Shown here one piece after another: positions 9,352 through 19,595 of a stretch of DNA of 32,000 bases; position 1 is the stretch's first letter, and every line of letters begins with the position of its first letter. A model generated the notes under the pieces. It was not told where the DNA came from, searched no databases, and saw nothing but the letters and a program-made list of their open reading frames with translations. The position numbers and the translations under genes were made by a program. The DNA comes from an uncultured archaeon (lineage in GTDB: Archaea; Asgardarchaeota; Thorarchaeia; Thorarchaeales; Thorarchaeaceae), in the NCBI GenBank assembly GCA_964354495.1, contig CAYHAA010000008.1, forward strand, positions 30,001-62,000, in the 5' to 3' direction.

Positions 9352-10824
9352 TCAAAGATACACTTTGAAGATTCTACGCAACATCTCGTCAGCGGCAAAG
9401 CGATACTCTTCAGTGATTACCTCTCCAAAATGCATTTCAGGAAGTAAGCGAAGAGCCTCTCTTAGGAACTTCTGCAGGGACTGACGCGCCCTGAAATCCT
9501 CACAGCTAGCAAAGAGAGCTCCCATATACGCCTCCCTATGTTCCATCATGACCGTGCTACCTTCATAGGAGATTGACCTTATCATACCAGGTCTATCCAT
9601 GACTTCGGATGATAGGTGAGATAATGCTGACAGAAAGCCGTATACAAGATCACCCTTTTCATCTCGATGCCCATCGAAGCTATAGGTGTAAAGAGGGAGT
9701 CCAGATGCCAGATTCATGATGATCAAACGACTTAGCTCGACGGAGATCTCAAGTGACTCTCGAGAAACCTTAAGCTTCAACGACTCGTCGAAGATTGCTG
9801 GTATTACCTCGAGCGCGTCATTCACCACTGAGTCACCATTACTATCCTCGTCTTGGTGTTTCTTTCTGCTTGCTCTAGCAGAAAGCCGCCGTACTTCCTG
9901 CAGCTCATGTTCTATGAGCGCTTCTATTGACTCATTGCCTGTACTCCTAGCCATGGCTCTAGCCTGATTCAAATCGTCACGAGCCCCGTTTACATCTCTT
10001 GCAATCTTTCGAAGGATGGCTCTGAGGAGCAACGCTTCAGTCCAGAGCTCATCAAGCTCTAGCTCTTTGGAAATTTGAATCAGATTCTCCGAGTAGTGAA
10101 GAGAAGAATAGTAGTCTCTCTCGCTGCCATGGATCTGATAACGTTTTAGACAGATAGATGCCAATTGAATCTGTGACTTCACGACATAGTCGAATAGGTC
10201 CATTTCTACAGCAAGTTCTAGACTCTGTCTGAGATACCGAATTGCGTCATCTAGGTTCATGCTCTCATGACATAGAAGTCCCCTCAAGTAGTACAGACCA
10301 ACAGTTCCACCAACATAGGCTTCTGCCTCTCCCTTGTCTGACTTTGATACATCGGTTTCGTCCCTGTGTCGCGCAGGCATGACTTTGACATCAATATCCT
10401 CATCTGGCTCATCTGACTCGACCTTTGTATCCAGATCTGCATCACTGGACTCCTCCAGTCCTCCAAGGACATCAGAAGGCATGTATTTGTCACTCTCTGT
10501 AGTATCGAGCTTTTCTGCCTCCGGCTCCTCGAGTTGCCCATCAAACCAGATCTCATCTTCATCCGATGTTGACAATATGTCAATGCTTGTTTTGCTTCTG
10601 TCCCTATTCGGTTCTGAACTACGCAGAGTGCTGAGAGCCTCGTCGGTCCTGTCCTCAGGACCCGCCTTCACGGCCCTGGTTCCGGACTCATCAGGCTTTG
10701 CGTTATCTCGTGTAGAGGGTTTCCTTTCACCTTCCACTTCCTCTTTTTGTGCTGGATCTGCTTCGGGCTCATCATCAGAAACACTACTGTCCGCATGACT
10801 TTTGATGATTGGCATCCGAGGCAC
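9352..10824 (-). CDS. Acidic disordered N-terminus + TPR-like helical repeats + C-terminal longin/roadblock-like domain (Asgard eukaryotic-signature-type protein)
   Basis: About 165 aa D/E/S-rich low-complexity N-terminus. TPR-like helices (GLYYLRGLLCHESMNLDDAIRYLRQSLELAVE; ALLLRAILRKIARDVNGARDDLNQARAMA). The C-terminal LIIMNLASGLPLYTYSF...DLVYGFLSALSHLSSEV...IRSISYEGSTVMME matches the pattern I recall for Asgard longin-like domains. SD-like GAGGTG upstream of the ATG. Confidence 0.7.
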   Translation of the reverse strand: MPRMPIIKSHADSSVSDDEPEADPAQKEEVEGERKPSTRDNAKPDESGTRAVKAGPEDRTDEALSTLRSSEPNRDRSKTSIDILSTSDEDEIWFDGQLEEPEAEKLDTTESDKYMPSDVLGGLEESSDADLDTKVESDEPDEDIDVKVMPARHRDETDVSKSDKGEAEAYVGGTVGLYYLRGLLCHESMNLDDAIRYLRQSLELAVEMDLFDYVVKSQIQLASICLKRYQIHGSERDYYSSLHYSENLIQISKELELDELWTEALLLRAILRKIARDVNGARDDLNQARAMARSTGNESIEALIEHELQEVRRLSARASRKKHQDEDSNGDSVVNDALEVIPAIFDESLKLKVSRESLEISVELSRLIIMNLASGLPLYTYSFDGHRDEKGDLVYGFLSALSHLSSEVMDRPGMIRSISYEGSTVMMEHREAYMGALFASCEDFRARQSLQKFLREALRLLPEMHFGEVITEEYRFAADEMLRRIFKVYL

Positions 10825-11124
10825 CTCTCTACATTGTCTGGAGTCAGATCCATTTCTACATATGCTAATTGCAGAGGAGAGTAGAAGTAGTTAATGCTGA
10901 TATACTGACTGCTTCCAAATTGTCTACACTCGCTAGGAGGAGCCATTCTATCCAGTTCCTCAATCTATAGCGGCCGAAACAAGTATCTGGGTCGATGTGA
11001 CAATACATCATCCTCCCGATAGACTAGCATTTGGCCTCATTCGCTTGATAAGAGAATCCAAGAATATCAAGGAAAAACAATGGAGGCCCGAGCAATCTAG
11101 GGTTACCGACACAGTCTGTTTCAG

Positions 11125-14100
11125 TCATCTCGTAGGCAATACAGTCTTGGGCTCGTAGCTACTGGGACCTTCTCTTGCCTGCGTCTTATTTCGAGCCTTC
11201 CGCTTTGCTCTGCGTCGTCGTAATGATCCAAGTGCTACTACACCACCTAGCACTATCATGAAGCCCAGGACAAATCCGTGCGGAGCCTCCTCAAGGAGAA
11301 AGAGAGAAGCGGAGTAGAACTCATGAGCGGCTGTGTCAACCACTGCAGCCACAAACAGAACAACATTCATCAGACCATCAAAGAGAGTGCTGGCAAAGTA
11401 GTATATCTCAGCGATTGCAGTCGCAGGAGAAATACTGGACCCATCTTCAAAGATATTCAGCGCATCTTCCGCACTGAGAACCAAGGCGGATGCATGGCGG
11501 AGAGTAACGAGGCCATGCCCATTCTCAACGACTGAAACGATGGAGTAGGTATTATCGTTCTCAGTATCTCTCACATCCGAGAATGAATCAGAAGTCACAA
11601 CCTGCCAGGGTTCTCCATTCTTGTGTATTTCCGCCGAGTAGTCGGTCGCAGGAGCCCCATCATATGCATATGTTAGACTGAGTGCGAACACTATGGTAGC
11701 AGTGGTGCATGCTGCGCGGATGGGCGTGATTGCTGCATCAATAGCATCTGCAATATAGTTGGCACTCTTCGCGAGCCCCAAAAGGTTTGTTCCTGCTACA
11801 GCGTCACCTTTGTTGATAATACGAACACTGTAGGTGTCCGCGCCTACCGAATCATCAGCATAGACATATAGAGTGAATTCTCCCGAAGATTCGTCATAGT
11901 TCGCTGCTATCCAAGGACTTGATGCAACTTGAGGTGAAACAATGAAGATGTCCACCTCAGATGCAGGGGGATGAAGTGTACTGCCAAAGAAGGTGACGGT
12001 TCCAGTTGCTTGAATCTCTCCATTAATGTCACCCCGATTGAGAGTGCCAAAGCCATCAGAGAGAGCAAGTCCGGTTGGCATATCAAGCCTAGTTTCGACA
12101 CTCCAACCTGTTGAATAGTAGTCCCTATCAGAGTAGAGCTCATCGTCAACAACCACGCACTTGAAGTTCACATTTACAAGATCGGGATGATTCCAGTTGA
12201 TAGTCAAGAAGAATGTTATACTGCTCGTGTTCCCAGAAATGAAGCGACTGCTATCGACTGTATTCAGTGCGATTAGGTCCCCCGAATCAGATTGCTCAGA
12301 GAACAAGTCACGGTCTGCATCATAATGGGCAGTCCAGTACTCTCTAATATGGTCATCCGAAACAAGCGACAGTTCCATGTATGTGATGTCCTCACAACCA
12401 TCAGAATCAGACACGAATGTCGTTATTTGGTAGTCCTTTGTCCTTGCATAGAGGTGTGAGGAGTCGTCGAGATTGGAGATTGTAGGTGTCTGCACATTTG
12501 TGGGTGCGCTCCCTGGTCCCCGCGGTAGACTGCCGAATTCTATCGAGTTGATTTTCCCCGCATTTGATAGCCGAAACTTGAAACCAGACATTGTTCCAGC
12601 ATACAGATGATATAGCATCTCTTCATCCCAGGCTGACCATGAGTCAAGGTGATATGTCAGATCCAAATTGAAATGGCTGAAATTAGACTGGTCGATTTGA
12701 GCCCATTGATACTCCTCTGTGTTCAGGTTCATGGCGGGTTCATATTCCAGTTCAATCCAGTTCACGAAATCCTCTGAACTTACGAGGGCGCCATCAGAGT
12801 CGACATAGAGGTAGGCATCTGTGTGTCCACCTGAATATGTGATACTGAAATTCGAAATTGAGTACATCTTGAGAAAGTCGATCCTGATGGTTTCTGATGA
12901 TCTCACAATGAATCTAAAATGCATGATAGTCGTGTCTAGGTCCCGAAGATAGTAACGTCCGTCTACTGCGTTCTTGCTATTGACAAGAGTACCATAGCTG
13001 GAACCGTCATAAGATTGCAGTGTGTAGATGTCATTGGCATCTTCCGGGTGAAATCTGACACACAGAAATGGGTAGGCATCTGCACTCATGGGAGTTGCAG
13101 TGCTTGTAGTGTCCACAGCGATGTCAAAAGTTGACCCATCAGTATCTGACGTCAGCGAAATGTAATCTCCATCACTTGATATCGAACCCCCACCGCTGGC
13201 TGTTATGCCGAATGTTGTGCTTCCATCATGTTGCCAACCCGTTTGACTTGTGATTCGGAGATAATCGAATTGGAAGCCGGTTGTAGTGCTTGTAGCAATG
13301 CAAGAGATTCCAATGGACTCTATATTGTGTGATGCCCGAAATCCTGCCCTGTAGGTTCCCCACGAAGTCGAGGGATATGTTGAATCTATTATCAGTGTGA
13401 GCATGCCACCCGCATCATCTTCCTCGTATGATCTCAGCTTGAAGTAGGATGTTCCAGCCACGTTTGCTCGAAATCTCAGCTCAATGTAGTAGTACCCAGA
13501 AGGCAAGCTAGCAGAGTTAGTGATCAGATTGTCATAGGAGGCATCGCCCGGTACAGTGACTGTGCATACATCACCATTGGTGACAGGCAGGCTGCCAGTT
13601 GAAGTCCAGTCGTTGACCACTGCAAAGGACTCAGCAAAACCAGAACCAGCTGTTTCACTGTCAGTGTATAGCAGCACATTGTCCGGGGCAGTTTCTGAGA
13701 ATCGTGTAATGCTATGGCTACTAGTATCAAAAACACAGAGGGATTCAACTGAGCCCCAGACGCCATGCACAGGAGAAGGATAAGTAGGGACTGCAAAGCT
13801 CTTGCTTGAACTGATTGCTGACGCTCGACCATAGTATACGTAGATTTTCTGATCTTGTTCGCTCAGATTTCCCGGGCACTTCACCCAGAATCTAGCACCG
13901 GTAATCTCATGTCTTTGGACGATGCCTTCTGCACCCCATGCATAACCTTTGGTGTGTTTGCCACCAGCAGGTATGTGCTCGGTGAAGACAATCTGTATCT
14001 CTGGATTATTTGAGCCAGTCCATTTGGCTCCGACAGGTACAGTAGCATATGTCAGGTAGTTGCCACCAGAGTCTTGGGACCTGTAGCAGTATTCAACAAA

Positions 14101-16074
14101 GGCCCATGAACTCCCGTCCCACGTCCAATGTGTTATGTCGCTACCAGTTGTGACGAATGCGGAGATGTTTGACGATGAGTAGATGATAATGTCACTAGCA
14201 CCGTTTGTTGTCGTTGTACTGATATTCTTCATACCTGACCATTCGGACCCTGTCCAATAGACCATCGTGCTTGTTCTTGCGCCGGTGCCAGCTCGGCTCA
14301 CGACATTGAACACAAGATAAGGTGTGGGGCTGTCGCGGGGGACCTTCATGTTCGGGCCAGTGACATGGCATCCTCCGGTATAAAGTGCTAACATGTTAGG
14401 CCACTCATCCACCGTTACAGTCGATCCTTGACTATGACCAGTGACATTGTAGACCAGACCTGCATCGATACTGAAGTAGCCATAATAGGCATTTGTATAG
14501 ACCTGCCCATATGGAGCGCTCGAGTTGTACAGTGCCCAAGTGAAGTGAATCTTATTGTGATCTAAGTTGTCTAATCCACCAACGCACTTGTAGACAAAGC
14601 ACCCGGGAGTGACTGTGACAAGCACTTTAGGGCTACTCCATGTCTGGCCATTGTCTGAAGACGGCATATATTCCAGGTTGCAGATACCATCTCCGGGGAA
14701 TCTACGGTACCATAAGTGGACGATGTCATTCTCGCTATCATAGGCAATATTCGGGTACGTGCTTGACCCCGTGCCCAAGCTTGGCAACATCTCGAACCTG
14801 TCTATTCGCTCAGGTTGAGCAGACTTTGCATGCATGAACGGGTCGTTGTGAGCGCCATAGACAACATGTATGTAGCCCTCGTTGTCAACCCACAGTGCAG
14901 GAGCTCCGTGGTCATCATTGCTGAGCTGACTTTCTCCGACATAGTATCTTGGTGACCAAGTCTTGTTCTCATGGTCATAGTAGGTTATGTAAGCATAAAA
15001 TCCATCGCCCTGATATGTACAATATGTTCGGTCGTTGTAATAGAACACGCTAGGATAACAGTAGTAGTACCATCCGAATACCGCACCATCGTCTACAAAG
15101 TAGTCTTTGCCAATCGGGTCTCTGTAGTAATCTTCTAGCCAATAATCGATTGGTTCATTATTCTCATCAGTGAACCGTACGTCATCCAAGCCGGGCCTGG
15201 CATTTTGGTCAAGAAAGACCGTATTCGCCATATCAATTCCGGAGCCTAGGTAAACATCGATTGGCACTGCATAATTCATGCCTGTGTTTGGCGTCTGAAG
15301 GATGTCATGCGACTTTCTATAGGACCACTCGTTCAGCCACGACACTGGTTGGGGAGAAGGTTCAGTATATGATATATTCAGGAAAGCCACGGGATTTGAA
15401 GAGTCAAGAGATTGGTAGTCATTCCATCGGTGCATTCCTGTGCCAGAGTAGCTCGGAAAGGTGAACCTGATGCCGATGTGGTAACCACTCTGCCAATTGG
15501 CAAGGTCGACTTGAGCCTGTATCAGTTCCGTGATATCTGCCGATCCTATTTGATCGTCAAGACCGTTCCAGGAATAGTAACTCACAGGCTTAGCGGCAAT
15601 GTTTGGGATTGTATCATCAGCTTCTAAAGGTCCAACGTTCGTTTCATCAATCCGCTGTATCATGCACTGCCCTACACGAGCGTCCTCGTCCTCATATGCG
15701 CTGAAGTATGCAGAGCTTATGGTTGCGCCTTTAGGTATGTTGAGCATGAATCGGAATTGTCCTGTATATTGCACACCTGTCTCATAGTGCACATAGACAT
15801 GGTCATTTGATAACCAGTGTTCCCAGCTGGCTACATTCCAGCTCCACCAGTCGTCATCAGAATCAGCCAAGACTTGTGTGTTGTATACTACGGAGGCTAT
15901 GTGTTCAATCCGAAGAGGATCGTGTGTGAGGTCTTCGTCCTCTGTGCTTGTTGTGGGGATTAGTTCAACTTGGCCTAGAGTAATTGGAGAGTTCATCATC
16001 AGCATAAGAATGCTCATGCTAACAACTAGGAGCGTGCGTCCTGTGCTGAGCGTTCCACCGCTCTGTTTCTTCAT
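11125..16074 (-). CDS. Large secreted, C-terminally membrane-anchored modular surface protein (DNRLRE/CBM96-like, split DUF2341-like, BNR_4-like propeller, beta-sandwiches, shared module)
   Basis: Signal peptide (MKKQ...RTLLVVSMSILMLMM). FRFMLNIPKGATISSAY...DITELIQ (DNRLRE-like). WSYRKSHDI...DDVRFTDENNEPIDYWLE and RFWVKCP...IYVYYG (DUF2341 halves). NDDHGAPALWVDNEGYIHVVYGAH (BNR_4-like). C-terminal TM GFVLGFMIVLGGVVALGSL followed by RRRRAKRK. SD AAGGAG at 16084-16089. Confidence 0.85.
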   Translation of the reverse strand: MKKQSGGTLSTGRTLLVVSMSILMLMMNSPITLGQVELIPTTSTEDEDLTHDPLRIEHIASVVYNTQVLADSDDDWWSWNVASWEHWLSNDHVYVHYETGVQYTGQFRFMLNIPKGATISSAYFSAYEDEDARVGQCMIQRIDETNVGPLEADDTIPNIAAKPVSYYSWNGLDDQIGSADITELIQAQVDLANWQSGYHIGIRFTFPSYSGTGMHRWNDYQSLDSSNPVAFLNISYTEPSPQPVSWLNEWSYRKSHDILQTPNTGMNYAVPIDVYLGSGIDMANTVFLDQNARPGLDDVRFTDENNEPIDYWLEDYYRDPIGKDYFVDDGAVFGWYYYCYPSVFYYNDRTYCTYQGDGFYAYITYYDHENKTWSPRYYVGESQLSNDDHGAPALWVDNEGYIHVVYGAHNDPFMHAKSAQPERIDRFEMLPSLGTGSSTYPNIAYDSENDIVHLWYRRFPGDGICNLEYMPSSDNGQTWSSPKVLVTVTPGCFVYKCVGGLDNLDHNKIHFTWALYNSSAPYGQVYTNAYYGYFSIDAGLVYNVTGHSQGSTVTVDEWPNMLALYTGGCHVTGPNMKVPRDSPTPYLVFNVVSRAGTGARTSTMVYWTGSEWSGMKNISTTTTNGASDIIIYSSSNISAFVTTGSDITHWTWDGSSWAFVEYCYRSQDSGGNYLTYATVPVGAKWTGSNNPEIQIVFTEHIPAGGKHTKGYAWGAEGIVQRHEITGARFWVKCPGNLSEQDQKIYVYYGRASAISSSKSFAVPTYPSPVHGVWGSVESLCVFDTSSHSITRFSETAPDNVLLYTDSETAGSGFAESFAVVNDWTSTGSLPVTNGDVCTVTVPGDASYDNLITNSASLPSGYYYIELRFRANVAGTSYFKLRSYEEDDAGGMLTLIIDSTYPSTSWGTYRAGFRASHNIESIGISCIATSTTTGFQFDYLRITSQTGWQHDGSTTFGITASGGGSISSDGDYISLTSDTDGSTFDIAVDTTSTATPMSADAYPFLCVRFHPEDANDIYTLQSYDGSSYGTLVNSKNAVDGRYYLRDLDTTIMHFRFIVRSSETIRIDFLKMYSISNFSITYSGGHTDAYLYVDSDGALVSSEDFVNWIELEYEPAMNLNTEEYQWAQIDQSNFSHFNLDLTYHLDSWSAWDEEMLYHLYAGTMSGFKFRLSNAGKINSIEFGSLPRGPGSAPTNVQTPTISNLDDSSHLYARTKDYQITTFVSDSDGCEDITYMELSLVSDDHIREYWTAHYDADRDLFSEQSDSGDLIALNTVDSSRFISGNTSSITFFLTINWNHPDLVNVNFKCVVVDDELYSDRDYYSTGWSVETRLDMPTGLALSDGFGTLNRGDINGEIQATGTVTFFGSTLHPPASEVDIFIVSPQVASSPWIAANYDESSGEFTLYVYADDSVGADTYSVRIINKGDAVAGTNLLGLAKSANYIADAIDAAITPIRAACTTATIVFALSLTYAYDGAPATDYSAEIHKNGEPWQVVTSDSFSDVRDTENDNTYSIVSVVENGHGLVTLRHASALVLSAEDALNIFEDGSSISPATAIAEIYYFASTLFDGLMNVVLFVAAVVDTAAHEFYSASLFLLEEAPHGFVLGFMIVLGGVVALGSLRRRRAKRKARNKTQAREGPSSYEPKTVLPTR

Positions 16075-16083
16075 CCTATCAGT

Positions 16084-16089
16084 CTCCTT
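16084..16089 (-). promoter_or_regulatory. Shine-Dalgarno-like site for the 1649-aa surface protein
   Basis: AAGGAG on the minus strand, 9 nt upstream of ATG 16074. Confidence 0.55.
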
Positions 16090-16741
16090 GAAACCCTCTC
16101 AAGAGGGTATCACCTTCCCGGCAAATGCGTAGCAAGCCTCACAGACAGCTGAACTTCAAGCGCAACAGGTACAAGATTCCATGCCACCATACAGTAAGAA
16201 GCTTCTAGGAAGATTCCTCAGCCACTGCATCATGCAGACCTCCACCTTCCTCTCCCCAATCCCCAAGGGAATGTCCCATGATGTTGTGGCACACTCTGTG
16301 CGCGGCAGACCCAATCATGCAAGAGCCTGATCGGGTGGTGAACATGGTTCAATTGCGTGACCCCATGCTGTTCTTTGGTATTGTATTATCTTCAAGTCTA
16401 TGTAGACATAATGTAATATAAACAAAGATATTGTATATCCCCTGTCCAGAGGATTCTGGGGTGTGCTTCTCATCGGTTCCTGCAGTCATGGCCACAAGTA
16501 CCATCTCTTGGCGCCGCAAAATGCTGATAAGTAAACCTTTCTGGTAGCGGCACAACTTTACAAATGGCCACATTTCCTGAGCAGTATTGGCTTCAGCGAT
16601 AGATAACTTCAGTCTACTAGAACCTTTCTAGACTACTGATAGATCGAATATAGATCTAGAAGGAGCCGGCTTTCATTGGAAACGATTAAGAACCGCTGAG
16701 CAATGCAATGATGTGCCGTCAGGAGAGATGAGAAGGAGCAC

Positions 16742-17833
16742 ATGGAGAACAGGTCACTCACAATACTTGTCGTTGCAAAGCTTGCAGACAGGACTCTTGA
16801 CAGCTACTTGCTACCAATAATCAGTGTTGAGGGAGTCAGCGCACTTGTTGTAAGAACTACTCCCGGGATAGCGAGGAAAGGCATTACCTATATCAGTCCA
16901 CCTCTTGTGCTGCGAAGGAACGAATTGCTTTCTCTTCTCTGGAAGTTGCTTATTTCCATCCGGTTGGGATTGGAATCGAAGTTCTCATGTGTCTATGCTA
17001 TCTTTGCACATCCGCACTTGTACCTAGCTTCCCTGATTGCATTCTTATCAAGAAAGCCTCTCTACTACAGCATTATTGCATCTGACTACGAGTTGGCCGG
17101 AAGAGGGTTGGTAGTTCAGAAGTTGACAATGAGACTGGCTCGAAGAGCACGCAGTATTCTAGCGCCTGGCGATAAGGTGATTCGGTTTCTTATCGAGCAA
17201 GGGATTCCACAAACAAAGATTGTCGAGTATCAAATAACGGGTTTAGTAGATTTGAATGATTTCTTTCCGGCTGAAACAGAAAAGCCTGTAGATCTTATCG
17301 TCGTTTCAAGACTTGCGAAAGATAAGAACATACATGTCTTTGTGGATATTGTAGACTCAGTTAGAGAGTCGAAACCGGATGTCAAAGCGGCTATAGTCGG
17401 CGATGGGCCTCTGATGGAAGACTTGGTGGAATACGTACGAGGTAAGGGGCTTTCAGAGAACATCGATTTTCGTGGATGGTTGTCTGACGCGAGAGCAATA
17501 AACCAAGTTCTAAACTCTGCGAAGATATTCGTACTGAATTCAAGTCATGAAGGAGGGCCGTTTGCTGTGCCTGAAGCGATGGCTGCAGGGCTCTGTGTTG
17601 TTGCAAGTGATGTTGGAGAAGTCAGGAAGTTGATTGACCAAGGACAGAATGGATTCATTGTTGAGAGATACGATGACAGAAACGCATATGTTGGCATTAT
17701 TATGAAGCTGCTCGAAGATCCAAGGCAACTCATCAAGATTCAGAAGAAGGCTGCAGAGATAAAAGAGAAGGAAGCGAAGAGTGACTTGAGAAGGTTCTGG
17801 AGAAACACTGCCGAATACCTACGACAGTATTGA
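16742..17833 (+). CDS. GT4-family (GT-B, Glycos_transf_1) glycosyltransferase
   Basis: VSRLAKDKN, AIVGDGPL, IFVLNSSHEGGPFAVPEAMAAGLCVVASDVG (E-x7-E motif), NGFIV. AGGAG immediately upstream. Confidence 0.92.
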   Translation: MENRSLTILVVAKLADRTLDSYLLPIISVEGVSALVVRTTPGIARKGITYISPPLVLRRNELLSLLWKLLISIRLGLESKFSCVYAIFAHPHLYLASLIAFLSRKPLYYSIIASDYELAGRGLVVQKLTMRLARRARSILAPGDKVIRFLIEQGIPQTKIVEYQITGLVDLNDFFPAETEKPVDLIVVSRLAKDKNIHVFVDIVDSVRESKPDVKAAIVGDGPLMEDLVEYVRGKGLSENIDFRGWLSDARAINQVLNSAKIFVLNSSHEGGPFAVPEAMAAGLCVVASDVGEVRKLIDQGQNGFIVERYDDRNAYVGIIMKLLEDPRQLIKIQKKAAEIKEKEAKSDLRRFWRNTAEYLRQY

Positions 17834-17908
17834 TTGTATGCAGTTTGATTCGAATCCAGTGTAAGACCCCCGGCAAATCTATGAAACGCTATGGTCTTCA
17901 GAAGATAC

Positions 17909-19423
17909 TTACACTTTGGATTCTGTGGGCTTTTTGAAATGATTCCCTCTTGAGAAAAGCAAAGACAGTATCAGTCTTGCCCTTTGAATATTCAGGAAAC
18001 CACTCACACCATTGAGAGCAAGGTATGCAGCCAACGAAATAAATGCAGATACTGCGTCTGGAATCCCCCAAGAAATAAGCACTTCGAATATGACAATCAA
18101 GATCATACTTGCCAAGAACCAGACTAGCCAGAACTTTCGTTTCTGGCTAATAGGTAGAGCTGCGTTCCCAAGAATGCAGAGCGCGATTGTAATGAATCCA
18201 GATTGTACGACCATAGCTATTCCAACACCAACAAGTCCAACCACTGGAACCAATAGAACTGATGTAACAGCCAAAACAATTGCAGAAACGGCATATGTGA
18301 TACCTGTAAGTCGAGGTTTCTCTATAAGGTCCAGTTGTATCTTCCAGAAATATGAGAACGCGATTAATACAGCATCGACTACAGTGTAAGGGATTAATAG
18401 AGTAGCATCGGAATATTGCTGAGTAGAGACTAGGAGTATTAGTAATGGAGAGAGAGTAATCATTAGGAAGGCAATAGGTGTAGCGAGAAACGCAAAAATC
18501 TGAATCACAAGGGTAGCCATTTCGTTTGCCTTCTTGTAGTTGCCAGTTTCAAACGCATTCACAATATAGGCTTGATAAGCTGTCTGTGGCGGTCCAACCA
18601 CGAATGAGAAGATGCTCGCGAGGAGGATGGCTATTGATAATGTCGCGACTGCCTGAAGACCAATCCATACTCCGACGATTAGACTGGTCAGGAACGGGAC
18701 AAGAGCCTTCACAGATCCCACTAGAATGCTGGGTCCTCCAAAGCTAATTGACTTCCTAAGATCAGATTCTCTCGGCGCAACAAGTCCATACTGTCTAATC
18801 TTGATTACTAGAGATACTACTATTGGAATGGTGTATCCTATGCCCAGTCCAATCAATACAATATGAACGTCAGCAAAGATCCATCCGACAAGACATGCAA
18901 CTACTGTAGCTGATGAACTGTAAGCCAGATTGAAGATGAGAATCTCGCGTGGATTCTGCTCAGATCCCGAGACAACAAGGATGAGTTCCTTAAGACCATA
19001 GAGAATGGCTAATAGCCCCACAATGGCTAACGTCATGGCATAGAGCGAATCGTCAACTATCCTAATTCCACTCAGACTCAGTATCCAGAAGAGCACCACA
19101 GTTACCAGAATGATTGATGTGCTTCCTGACACTGCAGTCATGAAAAGGGCAGATGCACTCTCTTTTGTTTCTGAGCTCCTTCGATGAGGCATGAATCTCC
19201 AAATCGTAGCACTGAACGCACTTGTAGAGAAGGTGGACACAAGAACAATGAAGGTCATCCAGATAGAGTATGCACCATAATCAGGTTTGGGGAGTATCGA
19301 CGTTAGAACCTTTACTAGGACTAAAGCCATGACTTTGGCTAAGATAGCACTTGAAAGTGCTGCTGTTGTATGCTTGCCAAATCGGTTCAGCAATACTCCC
19401 GAGTCCACTTGTTCTGGTTCCAC
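17909..19423 (-). CDS. Wzx/MATE-type oligosaccharide flippase (polysaccharide biosynthesis protein)
   Basis: 504 aa with about 12-14 hydrophobic segments. LTSILPKPDYGAYS in the first loop and a typical Wzx C-terminal half (LLVPVVGLVGVGIA). GTG start with GAGG upstream. Confidence 0.85.
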   Translation of the reverse strand: MEPEQVDSGVLLNRFGKHTTAALSSAILAKVMALVLVKVLTSILPKPDYGAYSIWMTFIVLVSTFSTSAFSATIWRFMPHRRSSETKESASALFMTAVSGSTSIILVTVVLFWILSLSGIRIVDDSLYAMTLAIVGLLAILYGLKELILVVSGSEQNPREILIFNLAYSSSATVVACLVGWIFADVHIVLIGLGIGYTIPIVVSLVIKIRQYGLVAPRESDLRKSISFGGPSILVGSVKALVPFLTSLIVGVWIGLQAVATLSIAILLASIFSFVVGPPQTAYQAYIVNAFETGNYKKANEMATLVIQIFAFLATPIAFLMITLSPLLILLVSTQQYSDATLLIPYTVVDAVLIAFSYFWKIQLDLIEKPRLTGITYAVSAIVLAVTSVLLVPVVGLVGVGIAMVVQSGFITIALCILGNAALPISQKRKFWLVWFLASMILIVIFEVLISWGIPDAVSAFISLAAYLALNGVSGFLNIQRARLILSLLFSRGNHFKKPTESKV

Positions 19424-19595
19424 TACTGAATCCTCATTTCACTGACAGCTAATTCGACTACCTTTGGCCCATTTCTAGATTTTGGCTGGCTGATAATAAT
19501 CGCCTTGAGTCAAATCCTGTTCCTTTGAGCTCTGGAAGGCAATGTATGCAACCCAATACGAAAAGCTAATTTCGCTTCCATCAAAAAGATACAAT

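Noticed and set aside
10334-10798. 154-aa Ser-rich plus-strand ORF
   Set aside because: It is the antisense mirror of the Asp/Glu-rich IDR (GAN/TCN complementarity).
16349-16573. 74-aa minus-strand ORF and other micro-ORFs in the 16075-16741 spacer
   Set aside because: No motif, no SD and atypical composition; more likely a divergent promoter region. No tRNA-like cloverleaf was recognised either.
16639-16656. ATAGATC direct repeat with an 11-nt period, flanked by TTCTAGA/TCTAGAA
   Set aside because: Too short to distinguish from chance in an AT-rich spacer.
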